A stretch of DNA of 64,000 nt, from positions 1,612,001 through 1,676,000 of the forward strand of contig NC_043015.1 of NCBI RefSeq assembly GCF_006345805.1, read 5' to 3'. Within the stretch, counting starts at the first letter, position 1; every line of letters begins with the position of its first letter. The notes under the pieces were generated by a model. It saw nothing but the letters and a program-made list of their open reading frames with translations. It made no database searches and was not told where the DNA came from. Source of the DNA: Octopus sinensis (lineage: Eukaryota). Of the stretch, positions 25,784 through 41,338 are shown one piece after another. The translations under genes were made by a program, and so were the position numbers.

Positions 25784-26184
25784 TTGTTCTTAACTTTCTT
25801 CCTTTTGTTATTTCTTTCTAATTTTAATTCTGTTCTTTTAATTCAGTCATTCTTCAGCGCGTTTCTTCTATCATAATGGTAATGCTGGTAGTGACAACGA
25901 TGATGGTGGTCATGATGGTGATTACAGAGATGACGATGATGACGATGGTAACAGGGACGATGATGATGATTATGATGTGGAGGAGTAGTAGTAGGAGGAG
26001 GATGATAATGAGGAGGAGGAGGATGATGTTGATGATGATGAAAAAGGAGATAAATAGAAGAAGAAAAAGATGAAGAAGAAGAAAGAAGACGAAGAAGAAA
26101 ATGGAGGAGGAGGAGGAGATATGATTATGACGATGATGATGATAATGATGATGCGGAAGCGGAGCAGCAGTAGGATGATGATGA

Positions 26185-26215
<31 letters not shown>

Positions 26216-26754
26216 GATGAGGACGATGATGGTAAAATTTACCATCAACGTCTCCTTCATTTCATCCTGCCTCCCCCCCCACCGTTCTCAACTTTCTCAC
26301 CCACCCAACCGTTTTGAGTTACACGGGTTGCTGCTATTCCCTGTCATTCCTCTAACTTCCTGTACACTCCTTGTTCTCTTGTCCTGCCATACACCTTACC
26401 CAACCACACCTCACATCCAATCACTTACCTACTCGTTCTCCCAGCTGAACAATTAAATATATAGAAATCAATCGATCTGTTTCGGAGAGTTTGAGATGAG
26501 ATTATTAGTTGGCGGGTTGGTTGGTTTGTTGGTTGAATAAGGATTTAAAGTGATGAAGAAGGTCAGGGTTCGTAAATGTCAGGGGTCATACAGGCCGTTG
26601 AAAATGATGCCATGTAATGGACGTTGTTCAGAAAAGGGATTGAGCTGTAGTTTGGGATATTATTGATGAAGACGTAGCAGAGACGGACATACAAGACAGA
26701 CAGACTTACAGACAGACAGACAGATAGATATATAGATGGATGGATAGATAGTTT

Positions 26755-26804
<50 letters not shown>

Positions 26805-26849
26805 AGGATGGATAGATCGATAGATAGACAGGCAGATGGACTGACACAC

Positions 26850-26900
<51 letters not shown>

Positions 26901-27043
26901 CAGGAATACATACGACAGACAGACATGCAGACAGATAGATAGATACATTGATACATATATACTTACATACATATATACATACATGCATAGATAGATATAT
27001 AGATAGGTAGAAAGATAGATAGATAGAGAGATAGATAGATAGA

Positions 27044-27104
<61 letters not shown>

Positions 27105-27150
27105 CAGATAGACAGACAGACAGACAAACAGTTATGTAGATAGCTAGATA

Positions 27151-28005
27151 TTGGGTTGTCCGGAAAGTTTTATAGATTTATAGTAGCTTACCTTTCAACT
27201 TATTTGAGAACATGGTTGAATCTATAAATACTCCATTTAGAGTACAGTTTTAACTAACTTTTCGTGGAAGAAGGTTTATGTTCCTATAACCTGTGTTAAT
27301 TCTATAGCCCTTTAAAATGGAAGATAAGAAAGTTCATTTTCGGCACATCATTCTTTTCTTCTTCCGTAAAGGAAAAAATGCTCACAAACAACCAAAGAAA
27401 TATGCGCAGTTTACGGTGATGTTTCTTTATCTGAGAGAACTGTACGGAAGTGGTTCGCAAGGTTCCGAGCTGGAGATTGTAGCTTTATTGTTAAAGAGCG
27501 ATCAGACAGATCATCCACTACAGATTATGACCAAATCAAGTCATTAATTGAGGATAACCCACATTGTACAACCCGAGAATTGGTAGAAAGCCTTAACTTA
27601 TCAAAATACGACGTTCATGAGCACCTGGTAAAGCTTGGGTACACAAATCGCTATGATGTTTGGGTACCACATGAGTTGAGTGAGAAGAACCTTTTGGATC
27701 GCATTTCCATCTGTGATTCGCTTTATAAACGGAATGAAAACGCAACTTTTTTAAAGCAAATTGTGACAGGTGATGAGAAAGCGATCCTGGAGTAAGCGAC
27801 ATGAGCCAACCTTAGCCACACCAAAAGCGGGTCTTCACCCCCAAAAAGTCTTGCTTTGTGTCTGGTGGGATTGGAAAGGAATTCTGTACAATGAGCTTCA
27901 CCCTAGTAACCAGACAATTAATTCTGAGAAATACTGCACACAACTGGACGAGTTAAAAGCAACAATTCAAGAGAAACATCCAGAATTGGCCAAAATGAAG
28001 TGTGT
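27151..28005 (+). mobile_element. 3'-truncated mariner transposase pseudogene with left TIR
   Basis: TIR TTGGGTTGTCCGGAAAGTT after TA; MEDKKVHFRHIILFFFRKGKNA, WVPHEL motif, IVTGDEK (first catalytic D), KVLLCVWWDWKGILY; frameshifts; same family as 22407-22966. Confidence 0.93.
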
Positions 28006-28036
28006 TAGATATATATATATATATATATAATATTAT

Positions 28037-28085
<49 letters not shown>

Positions 28086-28146
28086 CATGATAAATCGCTG
28101 CCACAAAATCTTTTTCTATTTTCTCTCCCTGTTTATTTCTGTGTTC

Positions 28147-28182
28147 CTTTCTGTTGAAGAGCATAGGCTCGAAACGTAAAAG
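28147..28182 (+). ncRNA. Minimal hammerhead-like motif in a ~165-bp repeat (about 28105-28270)
   Basis: cttt-CTGTTGA-A-GAGC(ATAG)GCTC-GAAACGTA-aaag; helix III reduced to palindromic ACGT. Confidence 0.6.
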
Positions 28183-28283
28183 ACTTTCTCACTTCCCGAG
28201 CGTTAAACTAATACATCTGTCTATCTTACACACCCGTTGTCGCTTTTTTTTTGTAAATTCTCACTCTATATATACATATAATA

Positions 28284-28378
<95 letters not shown>

Positions 28379-28486
28379 AATATATATATATATCTATATA
28401 TATATTATATATATATATTATATAGATATATTTTATATATATATATATATATATAAAATATATTAATATATTATATATAATATTAC

Positions 28487-28534
<48 letters not shown>

Positions 28535-28555
28535 GCATTTACTCTGATTTTACGC

Positions 28556-28875
28556 TCTTACTTGTTTCAGGCATGTGTCTGTAGCCATGCGGGAGCACTG
28601 CCTTTAGTCGAGCAAATCGACCCCAGGACTTATTCTTTATAAGCCTAGTACTTATTCTATCGGACTCTTTTACCGAACCGCTAAGTTACGGGGACGTAAA
28701 CACACCAGCATCGGTTGTCAAGCGATGTTAGGGGGGACAAACACAGACACAAATATATACGCACATATACATATATAGATACATATATACGAGGGGCTTC
28801 TTTCAGTTTCCGTCTACCAAATACACTCGCAATGCTTTCGTCGGCCCAGGGCTATAGTAGAAGACACTTGCCCAG
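28556..28875 (-). mobile_element. SINE family A lacking its extreme 5' head
   Basis: TAGTCGAGCAAATCGACCCCAGGACTTATTC..CCGAACCGCTAAGTTACGGGGACG..CTTTCAGTTTCCGTCTACCAAA..GTAGAAGACACTTGCCCA. Confidence 0.85.
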
Positions 28876-29117
28876 CGATAGTGAGGGAAGAAACACAGAC
28901 ACAAAAATACAAACGCATACATATAGCGTTTTTAATTTATAATACATACATATTATATAGGATATATATATATATATATAATGATAGTATATATATGTAT
29001 ATGTATATGTATATATATACATATGTATGTATATATATGTTCATATATAAATACATATATATATATATGCTATATATAATACATATATATATATATATAT
29101 ATAATATATATATATAT

Positions 29118-29153
<36 letters not shown>

Positions 29154-29319
29154 CATATATATATAAATATATGTATGTGTGTGTGTCTGTGTCTGTGTTT
29201 CTTCCTCACCATCGCTTGTCAACCGATGTTGCTGGTTTGTCACCGAAACTTGGCGGTCGCCATGATAGATCGTTTAGCCAATACACACATTTCTTTCTCT
29301 CCTTTTTTTTTCTGTGTCC

Positions 29320-29355
29320 ATTTGTGTAGAAGAGCATAGGCTCGAAACGTAAAAT
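29320..29355 (+). ncRNA. Degenerate minimal hammerhead-like motif in a repeat (about 29290-29450)
   Basis: attt-GTGTAGA-A-GAGC(ATAG)GCTC-GAAACGTA-aaat. Confidence 0.45.
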
Positions 29356-29473
29356 ACTTTTTCTATTCCGGGTTTTTATACTAATACATCTGTTTGTTTT
29401 GTACACCACAAGTCTTCGGCTTTGTTTTTTTTTTTGTAAACTCAACCTAACATACATACATATATATAATATA

Positions 29474-29517
<44 letters not shown>

Positions 29518-30077
29518 ATTATACATATATATATACATATATATATAGAGGAGAGGGAGATAAATAGATAGATAGATAGATCCATTTATTGGTAGATCGA
29601 GACCACGTGGCTGTATCGTGTGGATTGCTTTATTGATTATATACCTTTTTAAGACTTAGAGAGAAAAAGGAAAGTCAGGGCAAGAGAGTGAGTGGGGAAG
29701 TGAACATTAAGAACTCGGTTGGTGTGAGAAAGAGACGGATAAGTTAATTTCTTTCGAAATAGAAAAAGAATGAAATAGAGTGAGAGAGAGAGAGAAAATA
29801 GAGAGAGAGAGAGAGGGAGAGAGAGAGAAAGAAATAGAGAGAGGGATGTGTGAACTAATGTAAAGAAGAGGGAGATGGAGAGAGCAGGGAACGAAAAATG
29901 GGAGGCTCAGATTTATTGATTGTATAATATTGTATATATTTTTATAATAGAAAGACAACGAATATACATACATATGTATATATACACACACACACACATA
30001 TATATAAAACATGCACGCATATGTGTCTATGTATTTATATATGTATCTATTTCGCTCTCTATATGTACGTATTAATA

Positions 30078-30127
<50 letters not shown>

Positions 30128-30181
30128 TAGATACATACATCCTATATATATGTACATATATATGTATACACACACCACACC

Positions 30182-30262
<81 letters not shown>

Positions 30263-30637
30263 TCACAGATGCAGGACATGAAGGGAGATACAAAAGATGA
30301 GAGAGGGAGAAGGAAAGCAGGGCCATTTCATAAATTTTCATAGGGGAACAGCGCAAAAGAAAAAATGGAAAATACAAGAAGCAAGCATAGAATAAAACAA
30401 AAAGAAAAATAAAGTACACGTGATACCGAGGTCTGTACTTCGCATATTATATATTGATGCTTTTTAAATGATTAGAAAGACACAGTGTGAGAGACTGGGA
30501 GAGAATGAGAAAGAGACTAGGAGAGAAAGAAAGAGTAATCAACGTGACACTGTCCGGGTAAGACAATGAGAGGGAGAGAGCAAGATACGTAGCTTATTTT
30601 CTATGTTTTGTTTATACTCTCTCCCTCATTCTCACTT

Positions 30638-30676
<39 letters not shown>

Positions 30677-30877
30677 CTATCTATTTTCCTAGCTAGCTCT
30701 CTGTCTATCTGGCTCTTTCTCTCATACATATATATAATATATATATATTATATTGTATTATACTAAGAGTAACAGGTTTTGTTGAATTTTCTGCTGCTTT
30801 AAATAAAGCATATTACTCTACCACTGGTATTTGAGTACTCTTTTTTCCAACCTTGTTTCACATTTATGTGTTTACTC

Positions 30878-30946
<69 letters not shown>

Positions 30947-31731
30947 ATATATAGATAGATAGATAGATATATAGATAGATAGATAGATAGATAGATTGAT
31001 AGATAGATAGATAGGTAGATAGATATGGATATATAGATATATATAAAGGCTGTGCTCCAGCATGGCCGCAGTCAAATGACTGAAACAAGTAAAAGAGTAA
31101 AATAGTAATATAGATATATACATATAAATATATATATTTATATATGTGTGTGTGTGTGCATATTTGCACGCAAGCATGTATGTGTGTATATAGATGTGCC
31201 TACATATATGTATTTATACATGTATGGATGTATATTTGCATCTATGTATGTGTTTGTGAGTTCATACCTATCCTAACGCCTCTGTCTTTCTCTATCCCTC
31301 TTTCTTTGTCCCTTTCTCCCACTCTCTTTCCCTGCCTCCATTTCTTTTTTCTTTCTCGGACAGTCTCTCCCTCTTTCAGTCTGTTTTCATTTCTCTAAAG
31401 CCAATACAGTCCAGCCATTATCAGACCAATCTAAAATTCACTGCCTCTTCAAGGGTTCTATCGTTAATTGAATCGAAGAAATCAATGTGCGCTTAGGGGG
31501 TTAAGGTCAAATAATAGTTCAAGCATTCACTTCGTGCGCAAACGCCTATCACACACACGCGAACCCACACTCATACACGCATGCACGCATGCACACACAT
31601 GCACACACAAGTACACACACACACCACACACACACACAAACACACACACGCACACACACACACACTCACACACATACACATACACAAAAAACAATCAGTA
31701 TCTGAATTAGGTGTGTAAATATACGTGTGTG

Positions 31732-31772
<41 letters not shown>

Positions 31773-32142
31773 CACACACATACATATATATCAATATATG
31801 TATATAACTATGTGTATGTAAGTATATATATATATATTATATATATATCTCTGTCCCTGTCTCTCTCTCTCTCTATTATATATATATATTATATAGAGAG
31901 AGAGAGAGAGAGAGAGATTGAGTGAGAGAGAGAGATACATACATATATATATATATAGTATATATATATACTCACACTCACATATATATATATATATATA
32001 TACATATACATACACACACACACACACACATATATACATTTATACACGCATAGACATACATTTATATACACATATGTACATATACATATAAGCACAAGTA
32101 GATATATTTATACATACAGAGGTACTTGCAAATGTATATATG

Positions 32143-32230
32143 GCGATGTGGTAAGAAGTGTGCTTCCCAACCACATGTTTCAGGGTTCAGTCCCATTGCG
32201 TGTCACCATGGGCAAGTATCATGTACTGTA
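32143..32230 (+). mobile_element. SINE family A head fragment
   Basis: GTGGTAAGAAG..CTTCCCAACCACATG..GGGTTCAGTCCCA..GGGCAAGT. Confidence 0.7.
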
Positions 32231-32334
32231 GACGAGGCTTATATAGAATATAAAGAGAGTCAGTATGCGTGAGATTGATATATTCACTCCACCATCATGC
32301 AAAAATAATTAATTTCAGTGTAATCTTTTATTCT

Positions 32335-32576
32335 CTTTCTTGATACAGTGATTTTGACTGCGGCCATGCTAGAGCATCGCCTTAAAGGTTTTTTTTAGTC
32401 GAAGCAACCGACCCCAGGTTTGATTCTTTGTAAGCCTAGTACTTATGTTATCGGTCTTTTTTGCCTACACGCTAAGTTACAGGAACGGAAGCACACCAAC
32501 ATCGGTTGTCATGCAATGGATGGGAGACAAACACAGATACAAACAAACATAAATACACACACACACACACTCATAC

Positions 32577-32607
<31 letters not shown>

Positions 32608-32670
32608 CATTTATATATAATATAATATACATTTATATATATATATATATATACATATATACATACATGC

Positions 32671-32709
<39 letters not shown>

Positions 32710-32882
32710 TTCGATGTGTATATATACAGATACGAAGGGCTTCTTTCAGTTTCCGTATTCCAAATTCACTTACACTGCTTTGGCCGATCCAAAGAAGACA
32801 CTTGCCCAAGGTACCACACAATGCTACAGAACCCGGAGCCATTTTGTTGGGAAGCAAGCTTCCTACCACCAGCCACATATCT
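32335..32882 (-). mobile_element. SINE family A with expanded internal TA tract
   Basis: Tail GACTGCGGCCATGCT..CGACCCCAGG..GCTAAGTTAC and head CTTTCAGTTTCCGT..GAAGACACTTGCCCAAGG. Confidence 0.8.
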
Positions 32883-32902
32883 GCAATTATGTATATGCTT
32901 TG

Positions 32903-32936
<34 letters not shown>

Positions 32937-33796
32937 TACAATCACTGCTATAAACATATATAAATATAAATACAATGCGTGAGTTTTTGATGACATAGCC
33001 ACGAGTGCTATTTTGTCTCAGAAGGAATTTGATCTCAGGAATAAAATATAATCTTGATTGATGCTCTAATAATTCCGATAATGCATCATCTCCACTGACA
33101 CTTTAGTTTTCGGTTCTGAAAGGTTTTAATTTATATCTGACTTCGTTCGAATATGAATGCATACGTTATAGGCCAGAACAAATATCTCAAGCTTTCTATT
33201 TGGTACCGTAACGAATCTGGGAATGTGTTAATTTACAAACGCACAGAGTGGAAAACCTTCATGGCCTTTCTTTCTCATTTTGATTGCTTGGCACGGGCAC
33301 TATTTTGGTTCTTTGCTGGTCTTAAGGACTAGCGGGAATTAATAGAGAGGAAGATATTCTCAAAGCTTCAGCCTCGCTCAATTACTGGCAACCGAGATGA
33401 CTCTTCTGGTAAAGACAGTCAAAGACGAAGCTTTGGTGACGAATAACACACATACACGTGTACGCCCTTTTATACATATACATAGAAATATACTCACATA
33501 CGTGCGTCTATAAGTGTGTGTCTGTGTGTGTTTGTGAGTCTCTCCCACTCTCTCATTATGTGTAAAGATAGATATTTTGTGATGCATGTTAAGATTGGTG
33601 TCATCAGACAAAAGTACATATGATTCACTTAATATCTTTGGTGAGACGATGCCTCAGAAGATAATGTCGTCGGAACAATAACCTGTTTTATTATTATCGA
33701 TCAATAAACAATTTATTTATATATTTCACCATACTAGTAAGAAATCAATAGGATATATGCATATTGCGTTATATTAATATGAATCAATACAATAGA

Positions 33797-34012
33797 ACGG
33801 CAAGTTGGCAGAATCGCTAGTACACTGGACAAAGTGCTTCGCGGCATTTTGTCCGTATTTACTTTCTGAGTTCAAATTCCACTGTGGTCGACATTGCCTT
33901 TCATTCTTTCAGGGTCGAAAAAATAAGTACCAGTTGAATACTGGGGTTCAATGTCATTGACTTACATCCTGTCTCGAACTTGCTCGTCTTCTAACAACAT
34001 TTGAAAGCCATA
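33797..34012 (+). mobile_element. SINE family E (Nin/Deu-domain-like)
   Basis: GGCAAGTTGGCAGAATCGCTAG..CTGAGTTCAAATTCC..GTCGACATTGCCTTTCATTCTTTCAGGGTCGAAAAAATAAGTACCAG. Confidence 0.8.
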
Positions 34013-34380
34013 TAAGTCAATCATTGCATATTAATAGAAAGACATTCGTTGAAAGGTAATTTGATGGTAAAATCGGTAGATCATCCGACAAAGTACATTT
34101 AATATTTGCTTAGACCTTTTCGGAGTACGGATCGTACTCATACCCAATTTGACTTTAATTCATCAAAGGTTTGGTTTTTTTCTTCTATTTTTTTTTGATA
34201 CTGTGTAATGTACAAAGTTTTGTTCCAGTATTGTCCAATGCTTGAGCATTGTAAGAGGAGAGGTATTAAATTAAAATAGAGCAGACATATATGCAATTCA
34301 TATACATGCATACGTACACACACATACACAAACACACGCACGCACACGCACACACACAGAAACACACGCACACACACATG

Positions 34381-34687
34381 TGAAGGAACATGGCTCAGTG
34401 GTTAGAGCGCCGGGCTCACAATGATGAGGAAGTGAACTGGATTCCAGGAACAGGCTGTGTGTTGTGGTCTTGAGCAAGACACTTTATTTCAGGTTGCACC
34501 AGTTCCCTCATCTGTAGAAATGAGATGCGATGTCACTAGTATCAAGGTTTATCGTCCTCTGCCTTTCCCTAGAACAACATCGGTGGCGCGGATAGGGGAG
34601 ACCGGTATGCATGGACGACTGCTGGTCTTCCATAAACAACTTTGCCCGTACCTGTGCTTAGGGGTGAACTTCATGACCGAAGGGGAT

Positions 34688-34690
<3 letters not shown>
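34381..34690 (+). mobile_element. tRNA-derived SINE, family D
   Basis: TGGCTCAGTGGTTAGAGCG head, CTTGAGCAAGACACTT, end CATGACCGAAGGGGATCTT; sister copy at 45010-45340. Confidence 0.85.
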
Positions 34691-34732
<42 letters not shown>

Positions 34733-34747
34733 ATATATATATGATAT

Positions 34748-34900
34748 GACGAGCTTCTTCCAATTTCCGTCTACCAATCCACTCACAAAGATTTGGTCGG
34801 TCAGAAGCTATAGTAGAAGACACTTGCTCAAAGTGCCACGTAGTGGGACTGAACCCGGCATTATGTGGTTGGCAAGCAAGCTACTTACCACGCAGCAACT
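34748..34900 (-). mobile_element. SINE family A head
   Basis: TTTCCGTCTACCAATCCACTCACAA..GTAGAAGACACTTGC..GTGGGACTGAACCCGG..AAGCTACTTACCAC. Confidence 0.8.
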
Positions 34901-35397
34901 GCATCCGAGGGGAAGATTCCACTTTGTAGGATTTAGAATGGTGGTGAGAGTGCAGTTTTCCCTTAGTTATCCTTACTCACAGGTCCGCTCTTTCCTGGAA
35001 AAGTAATACCTCCCAGGCTCCCACCTATGGGTAATTATTTTTAACAAGCCCTTGGAAAAAGCAGCCCTTCTAGGACAAAGATACACTAACGTAAAATTTG
35101 CAGTCTAAAGATTATCTGTCGTCTTGCGATGCCCATCACTGCAAACTACTAAGCTATTATGGCAACCGACAGATTTTCAAATGGGCCGTACTAGCTTTTC
35201 TCACTAAAATCCAGTGTCCTGCAGATGTCTCACTACCTTTCCATTCCTTAATCTGTTTTATATTTTATAAAATCGCATGGCAACGGCTACATGGCATAGA
35301 AAGGAATATCGAGCACATATAGCGATGGAAGTAAAGTTGAATGTGAGACGGCTATCGTCTAAGAAGATGAGGCAATCATCCTATACATATATATATA

Positions 35398-35477
<80 letters not shown>

Positions 35478-35624
35478 TGTGCGTGTGCGTGTGCGCGTAT
35501 GTGTGTGTGTGTGTGTAAAATAAATCCCAAAAAGAACGAATATAAAATAAATCACAAAAACAAGAACGCGAGAACGTGGTACATGTAATGTATTAGTAGA
35601 CACGTGGAAAAGGAAAGAAAGCTG

Positions 35625-35660
35625 GTTTAACGTTTCGTGCAGACGCTCTTCTTCGGAAAC
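35625..35660 (-). ncRNA. Minimal hammerhead-like motif in a repeat (about 35520-35715)
   Basis: Minus strand gttt-CCGAAGA-A-GAGC(GTCT)GCAC-GAAACGTT-aaac. Confidence 0.5.
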
Positions 35661-36420
35661 AGAGGAAAGTCCAGTAGAAGGGAAGACGGAGAAAGAAAAT
35701 CGCCAACGATTCACATGTGGTTACGAGGGATTCCCATACGTAACTGGTAACGTTCTGCATGGGACAAGCACGTTGAATTTCGGGCTTCCGCCGCAAGAAG
35801 GCACTTGATGCAACTCTCGGGCTTAAGACTGCCGACTGGCGTCGTCCGCTGCTGTCGGACTGTCACATGGTGCGTCTTTGTTTTGCAGTGCTTCACCTTT
35901 GTTCGTCGATTGCAAAATTCCGGTTTCTTTTGGGTACCCCCAGTACATTTATGTATGTGTGTGTGCGTGCGTGCATGTGTTTGTTTGTGTGTATACCATA
36001 TATATTAAATATATTTGATAAACATTTGTATATTAAGGCAAACATTGGGTTCATGTTTCAAAATATATCTAAATACCAAAGGTACTTAAAATGAGGATTT
36101 AAGGATTCAGTGCATGCATGTGGGTCTACGAGTGTATCTGCCTATCTCTGTGTTAGTGTGTGTTTGTGTGTGTGTACTTAACTCAGCGTACCAAAAACGT
36201 ATCCATTAACATTCAGAGACAAGGCAGACAAGCAGACTAGTAGAGGGCGATGAAGAACTGATGTGAATTTATACATTATGGCGAGGCCTAAAAGAATAGC
36301 AGGACCTGACATTCCATTTTCTATTAGACAAAATACAATAGCGCAAATCACAGAAAAAACCCGGCTAATGCTGACACAACCACAAAAACGCAAATATGTT
36401 GTACGTAACATGAATATGCA

Positions 36421-36501
<81 letters not shown>

Positions 36502-36581
36502 GTCTATCTATCTATCTATCTATCTATCTATATGTGTATATCTGTGTATATATATATATATATATCTATATATATATATAA

Positions 36582-36617
<36 letters not shown>

Positions 36618-36839
36618 TTTTTTTGCATGCATACAACTACACATACTAATAAAATAAATCCGCATATATACGCACGCACACACACATGTATGCATATTCA
36701 TATATACGTATAAATACATATATAGATATACCTATATATGCATATATATATCCATATATATATATATAATGTATACAAGGTATGTATATATACATATTTA
36801 TATATGCAAATATATGTATATGTGAGTGTGTATGTTTGC

Positions 36840-36874
<35 letters not shown>

Positions 36875-37372
36875 TGTATATACTTATGCCTGCATGCATG
36901 TGTGTATGCATATAACTGCAGCCATATTATCAACTGCACTAAAAATAATGAAAAATTTGTAAAAAAAATCAGCTTAAATACAGAAAAATATGAAAGGAAA
37001 AATTTTAGTGTACTCAGGTGTACATTTGCGATATTTTAAAAATTTTCAGCATATTTTAAGCAAATTTTTTTAAAAATTAAATTTTCACTTTAATAAAAAA
37101 TATTTTTTTTAAATGTCTTCTTTTTAATAATTGTTCGTACGTGTGTATACCTGTATGTGAATGTACACGTTACGACACAAATTCATAAGTGTATATGTAA
37201 AAGTGTATGTATGCAAGGGCATATACACATAGAAACTCCAGAATACTCCAAACCATCAGACACACGCGTACACACACATATGCATGTATAGATATATACA
37301 TATGCATATGCAAACCTTTATATATATATATATATTTATACATACATGCAAATATATAGATGCACGTTTGTG

Positions 37373-37403
<31 letters not shown>

Positions 37404-38184
37404 TTATACATATGTGCATATTCATATTTATGCATGTGGTGGCAAAACTATGTGCATGCATGTGTAATATATATGAGATTTTCTGATGAATTTGTGGGAG
37501 GCTGTTTGGAATGGAAACGTCTCCTTTCAACCAAACTGCTCACAGGTGACTAATAAGTGAAACTGTAAAAAATAAAACCCAATAAAATATAAAAACACTC
37601 ACACATATGATTATGTGTGTGTGTTTTGTGTGTGTTTGTGTGTGTAAGGAAATTTTCCTCTTTTTTTTGCTCCTACATTTCTATCATGTTTTACTCAATA
37701 TCTTTATTGCAATATTCAATGAATATCATAATTTTTAAATATTTTGTAATAATGTCAATATAAAAAAAGTATAAATTAAAATGCACACATGTATACGCGC
37801 GTACATTAATGGAAATACTCACAAAATCATAGCCACATGTATACAGATATATGCACTTACATATGGCTATATATATATTTATATATATATACATACACAT
37901 ATATATATATATATATTCATATGCATATACATATATATATATATACATATATACATATATGTATAAAGATATATGGATAAAGATATAATGAATAAAGATA
38001 TATATGTATAAAGATATATACATATATGTATAAAGATTGATAGATTGATAAATATATAAATGGATAGATAGATAAATTGATAAACTGTTAGACAAATACA
38101 TTCATACATACATATATATCTTTATATATGCGTATATCCTTCATTGAGAGAGAGGGAGAAAGAGTACGAGGGGTACACCCAACT

Positions 38185-38254
<70 letters not shown>

Positions 38255-38606
38255 TATATTTAAAAATACAAGCAAAAGCTGCTGTTTCTATATATATATG
38301 TGTGCGCGTGTATGTGGTGTGAGTATGCATACACACATACATATATATATCTGTATATATCAATGTATGTATAGACATACTCACACACCTAAAAATGCAC
38401 ACGCACACAAATATATGTATGTGTATATTCAGGTGGGCATTACGTGTTTCTCTGTGTTCCTTTTTTTCTCTCTCTCCCTCTCTTGCACTACCTCTTGTAA
38501 ATTAAAAATTGAAACGAGATGAAAACTTTTAAAATTTCTGTTAACGCATTTTAAAACTTTCTCACGCCATTTTCGTAAAAAATAGCTATATATATATATA
38601 TATATA

Positions 38607-38708
<102 letters not shown>

Positions 38709-38807
38709 CATATATATATATATATACACGATATATATATAGTGTGTGCGCGTTTGCATATTATAGATGTAGTGTGTATATATATATACCCCCCCCGCAC
38801 ACACATT

Positions 38808-38845
<38 letters not shown>

Positions 38846-38919
38846 GGATATGTGCACTAACCTAGCATATAGTCACAACTTCCATACCTAAAGTCTCTAA
38901 ACGAATATATATTGTGTGA

Positions 38920-38974
<55 letters not shown>

Positions 38975-39556
38975 ATGTGTGTGTGTGTGTGTGTATATAA
39001 ATATATGTACAGAATATTACACAAATGCACGCATACACACGCATTTAGGACAGAACTATTACTGCTGCGTTATATAAGCTTATTCATTTACTAGCGGAAA
39101 CAGAATCAACAAATTTATTTTAGTATGGCACACATACAAACTGTCAAATCGAATGCATATCTTATGCAAACATGCATATCCGACTCTCTTGTACACACGC
39201 TCTCACACACAGATACACTTGACGTCGTCATATTAATATACATAAATGTATGCAGGTATTTAGATATGTATGCGCATATATATACACATGTATTTTCACA
39301 CGTACACAATAAACGCCATGCATACATGCATGTTAATTTTAAGATTGAAAATAAAATACATGTTTAAAAAATTGATAAAAATTATTGAATTTTCTTTTTA
39401 GCATTAAAAAATGGTTGTGCCTTCATTGCTTTCATGTGTGTCGTCGACGCCATCATTGGCGTCGTCGACATTATCATTGTCGTCGATGTCATCGTCATCG
39501 TCGTGGTCATCGTTGCCCTTGTCCCAATTATCATCGTCACCCTACCCACCGATCGC

Positions 39557-39596
<40 letters not shown>

Positions 39597-40203
39597 GTCA
39601 TTGTCTTTCTAGACGTCGGGGTCTTCATCGTCGTCGCTGAAATCGTCATTATCGATGTCGTCATCATCATCATTTTCAGTATTATCCTTGTCGTCATCGT
39701 CGTTATCGTTGTCGTCATCATCATCATCATCTCTCATCATCATCAGCATCATCATCATCATCTTCATCATCATCATCATCCTCATTATCTTCATCATCAT
39801 CATCATCATATTTGTCATCAACGACATGATTTATAATCACGATCGTCCTCATCTTCCTCATCATCATTGTCATCATCATCATCATCATTGTTATCATCAT
39901 CATCCTCGTCGTCGTCATCACCATCATCATCATCATCATCATTATCAACATTATCATCAACATTATCGTACGTAGAGCCAGTTATGTATATATATCTCTG
40001 TCATCATCGTCGTCGTCGTCATCGTCATCATCATCATCATCACCACCATCATCATCATCCCTCTGATCATCGTCAGTATCAACGTCATCAAATATTATTT
40101 CTCGTTTAAATTTTTCAAGTCACTTTATATAATTATCACTATATTTTTTATACTGACTGATTTTATTTAATAGCATTATTCTTATTCCAATATTTACCTA
40201 TTT

Positions 40204-40255
<52 letters not shown>

Positions 40256-40523
40256 CAATAATAATAATAATAATTATTATTATTATTATTATTGTTGTTG
40301 TTGTTGTTGTTGTGTTGTTGTTGTTGTTGTTATTATTATTATTATTATTATAATTATTATTATTGTTGTTGTTGTTGTTGTTTTTGTTGTTATTATTATT
40401 ATTATCATTATTATTATTATCATTAGATTATTATTATTATTATTATTATTATAATTATAATTGTTATTATTATTATTAATTATTATTTTTATATTATTAT
40501 TATAATTTTTTTTATCATTATTA

Positions 40524-40569
<46 letters not shown>

Positions 40570-41247
40570 TTATATATTAATTATATTATTATTATTATTA
40601 TTATTATTTATTATTATTTTTCTATTAGTATTATTATTATCATTATTATTATCGTCGTCGTCGATGTTTCTGTTAATATTTTTCTCAACGTCAGAGAGAG
40701 GTTGTTGAATAATTTTTGTATGTGCACATATGCAGGAATTTTTATTTTCGTATTAAAAACCGCCAAAATATTATGTACATTCGTGCATATATGCGTCTTT
40801 CTAATGTATACGTTTTTTGCGTAGTTTTAAGTATGTGTGCACATGAACCCCTATGGTTTAATGCGCTCCTATGTGTGTGTATGTGTATGAATGTTTTTGT
40901 GTGTGACCATATGCGTTTTAGTTTTACAATATTCAAGTGCATGACGTTGATTAACTTCTTTCTGTTATGCTTTTTTTTCATTATTATTTTAATCTCAGAT
41001 TTGCACTTTACCATTTCACCAAAGCTCGTGGTAATAATCTTCAATCAAATTGAAGCACTTTCCTCATTCCAAAAGTTTGTTCTTTTCGTGAGAGGAAAAA
41101 AAGAATGACAAGTGAAACATAAACATTAAAAAAAAAAAATAAAGTATATATAAAAAACCCAGAGCCCACGGCGATAGTGGTTGAAAATTTGCTTCACAGT
41201 TGGATCCTTGGTCGTATATTTTATGTTGATATTGCTCAGATAGTAGT

Positions 41248-41338
<91 letters not shown>

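Noticed and set aside
35750-35945. CpG-rich segment as a possible promoter
   Set aside because: Its end (minus strand GGGGGTACCCAAAAGAAACCGGAATT) looks like a mariner-type terminal repeat, so it is more likely a transposon remnant; too weak to annotate either way
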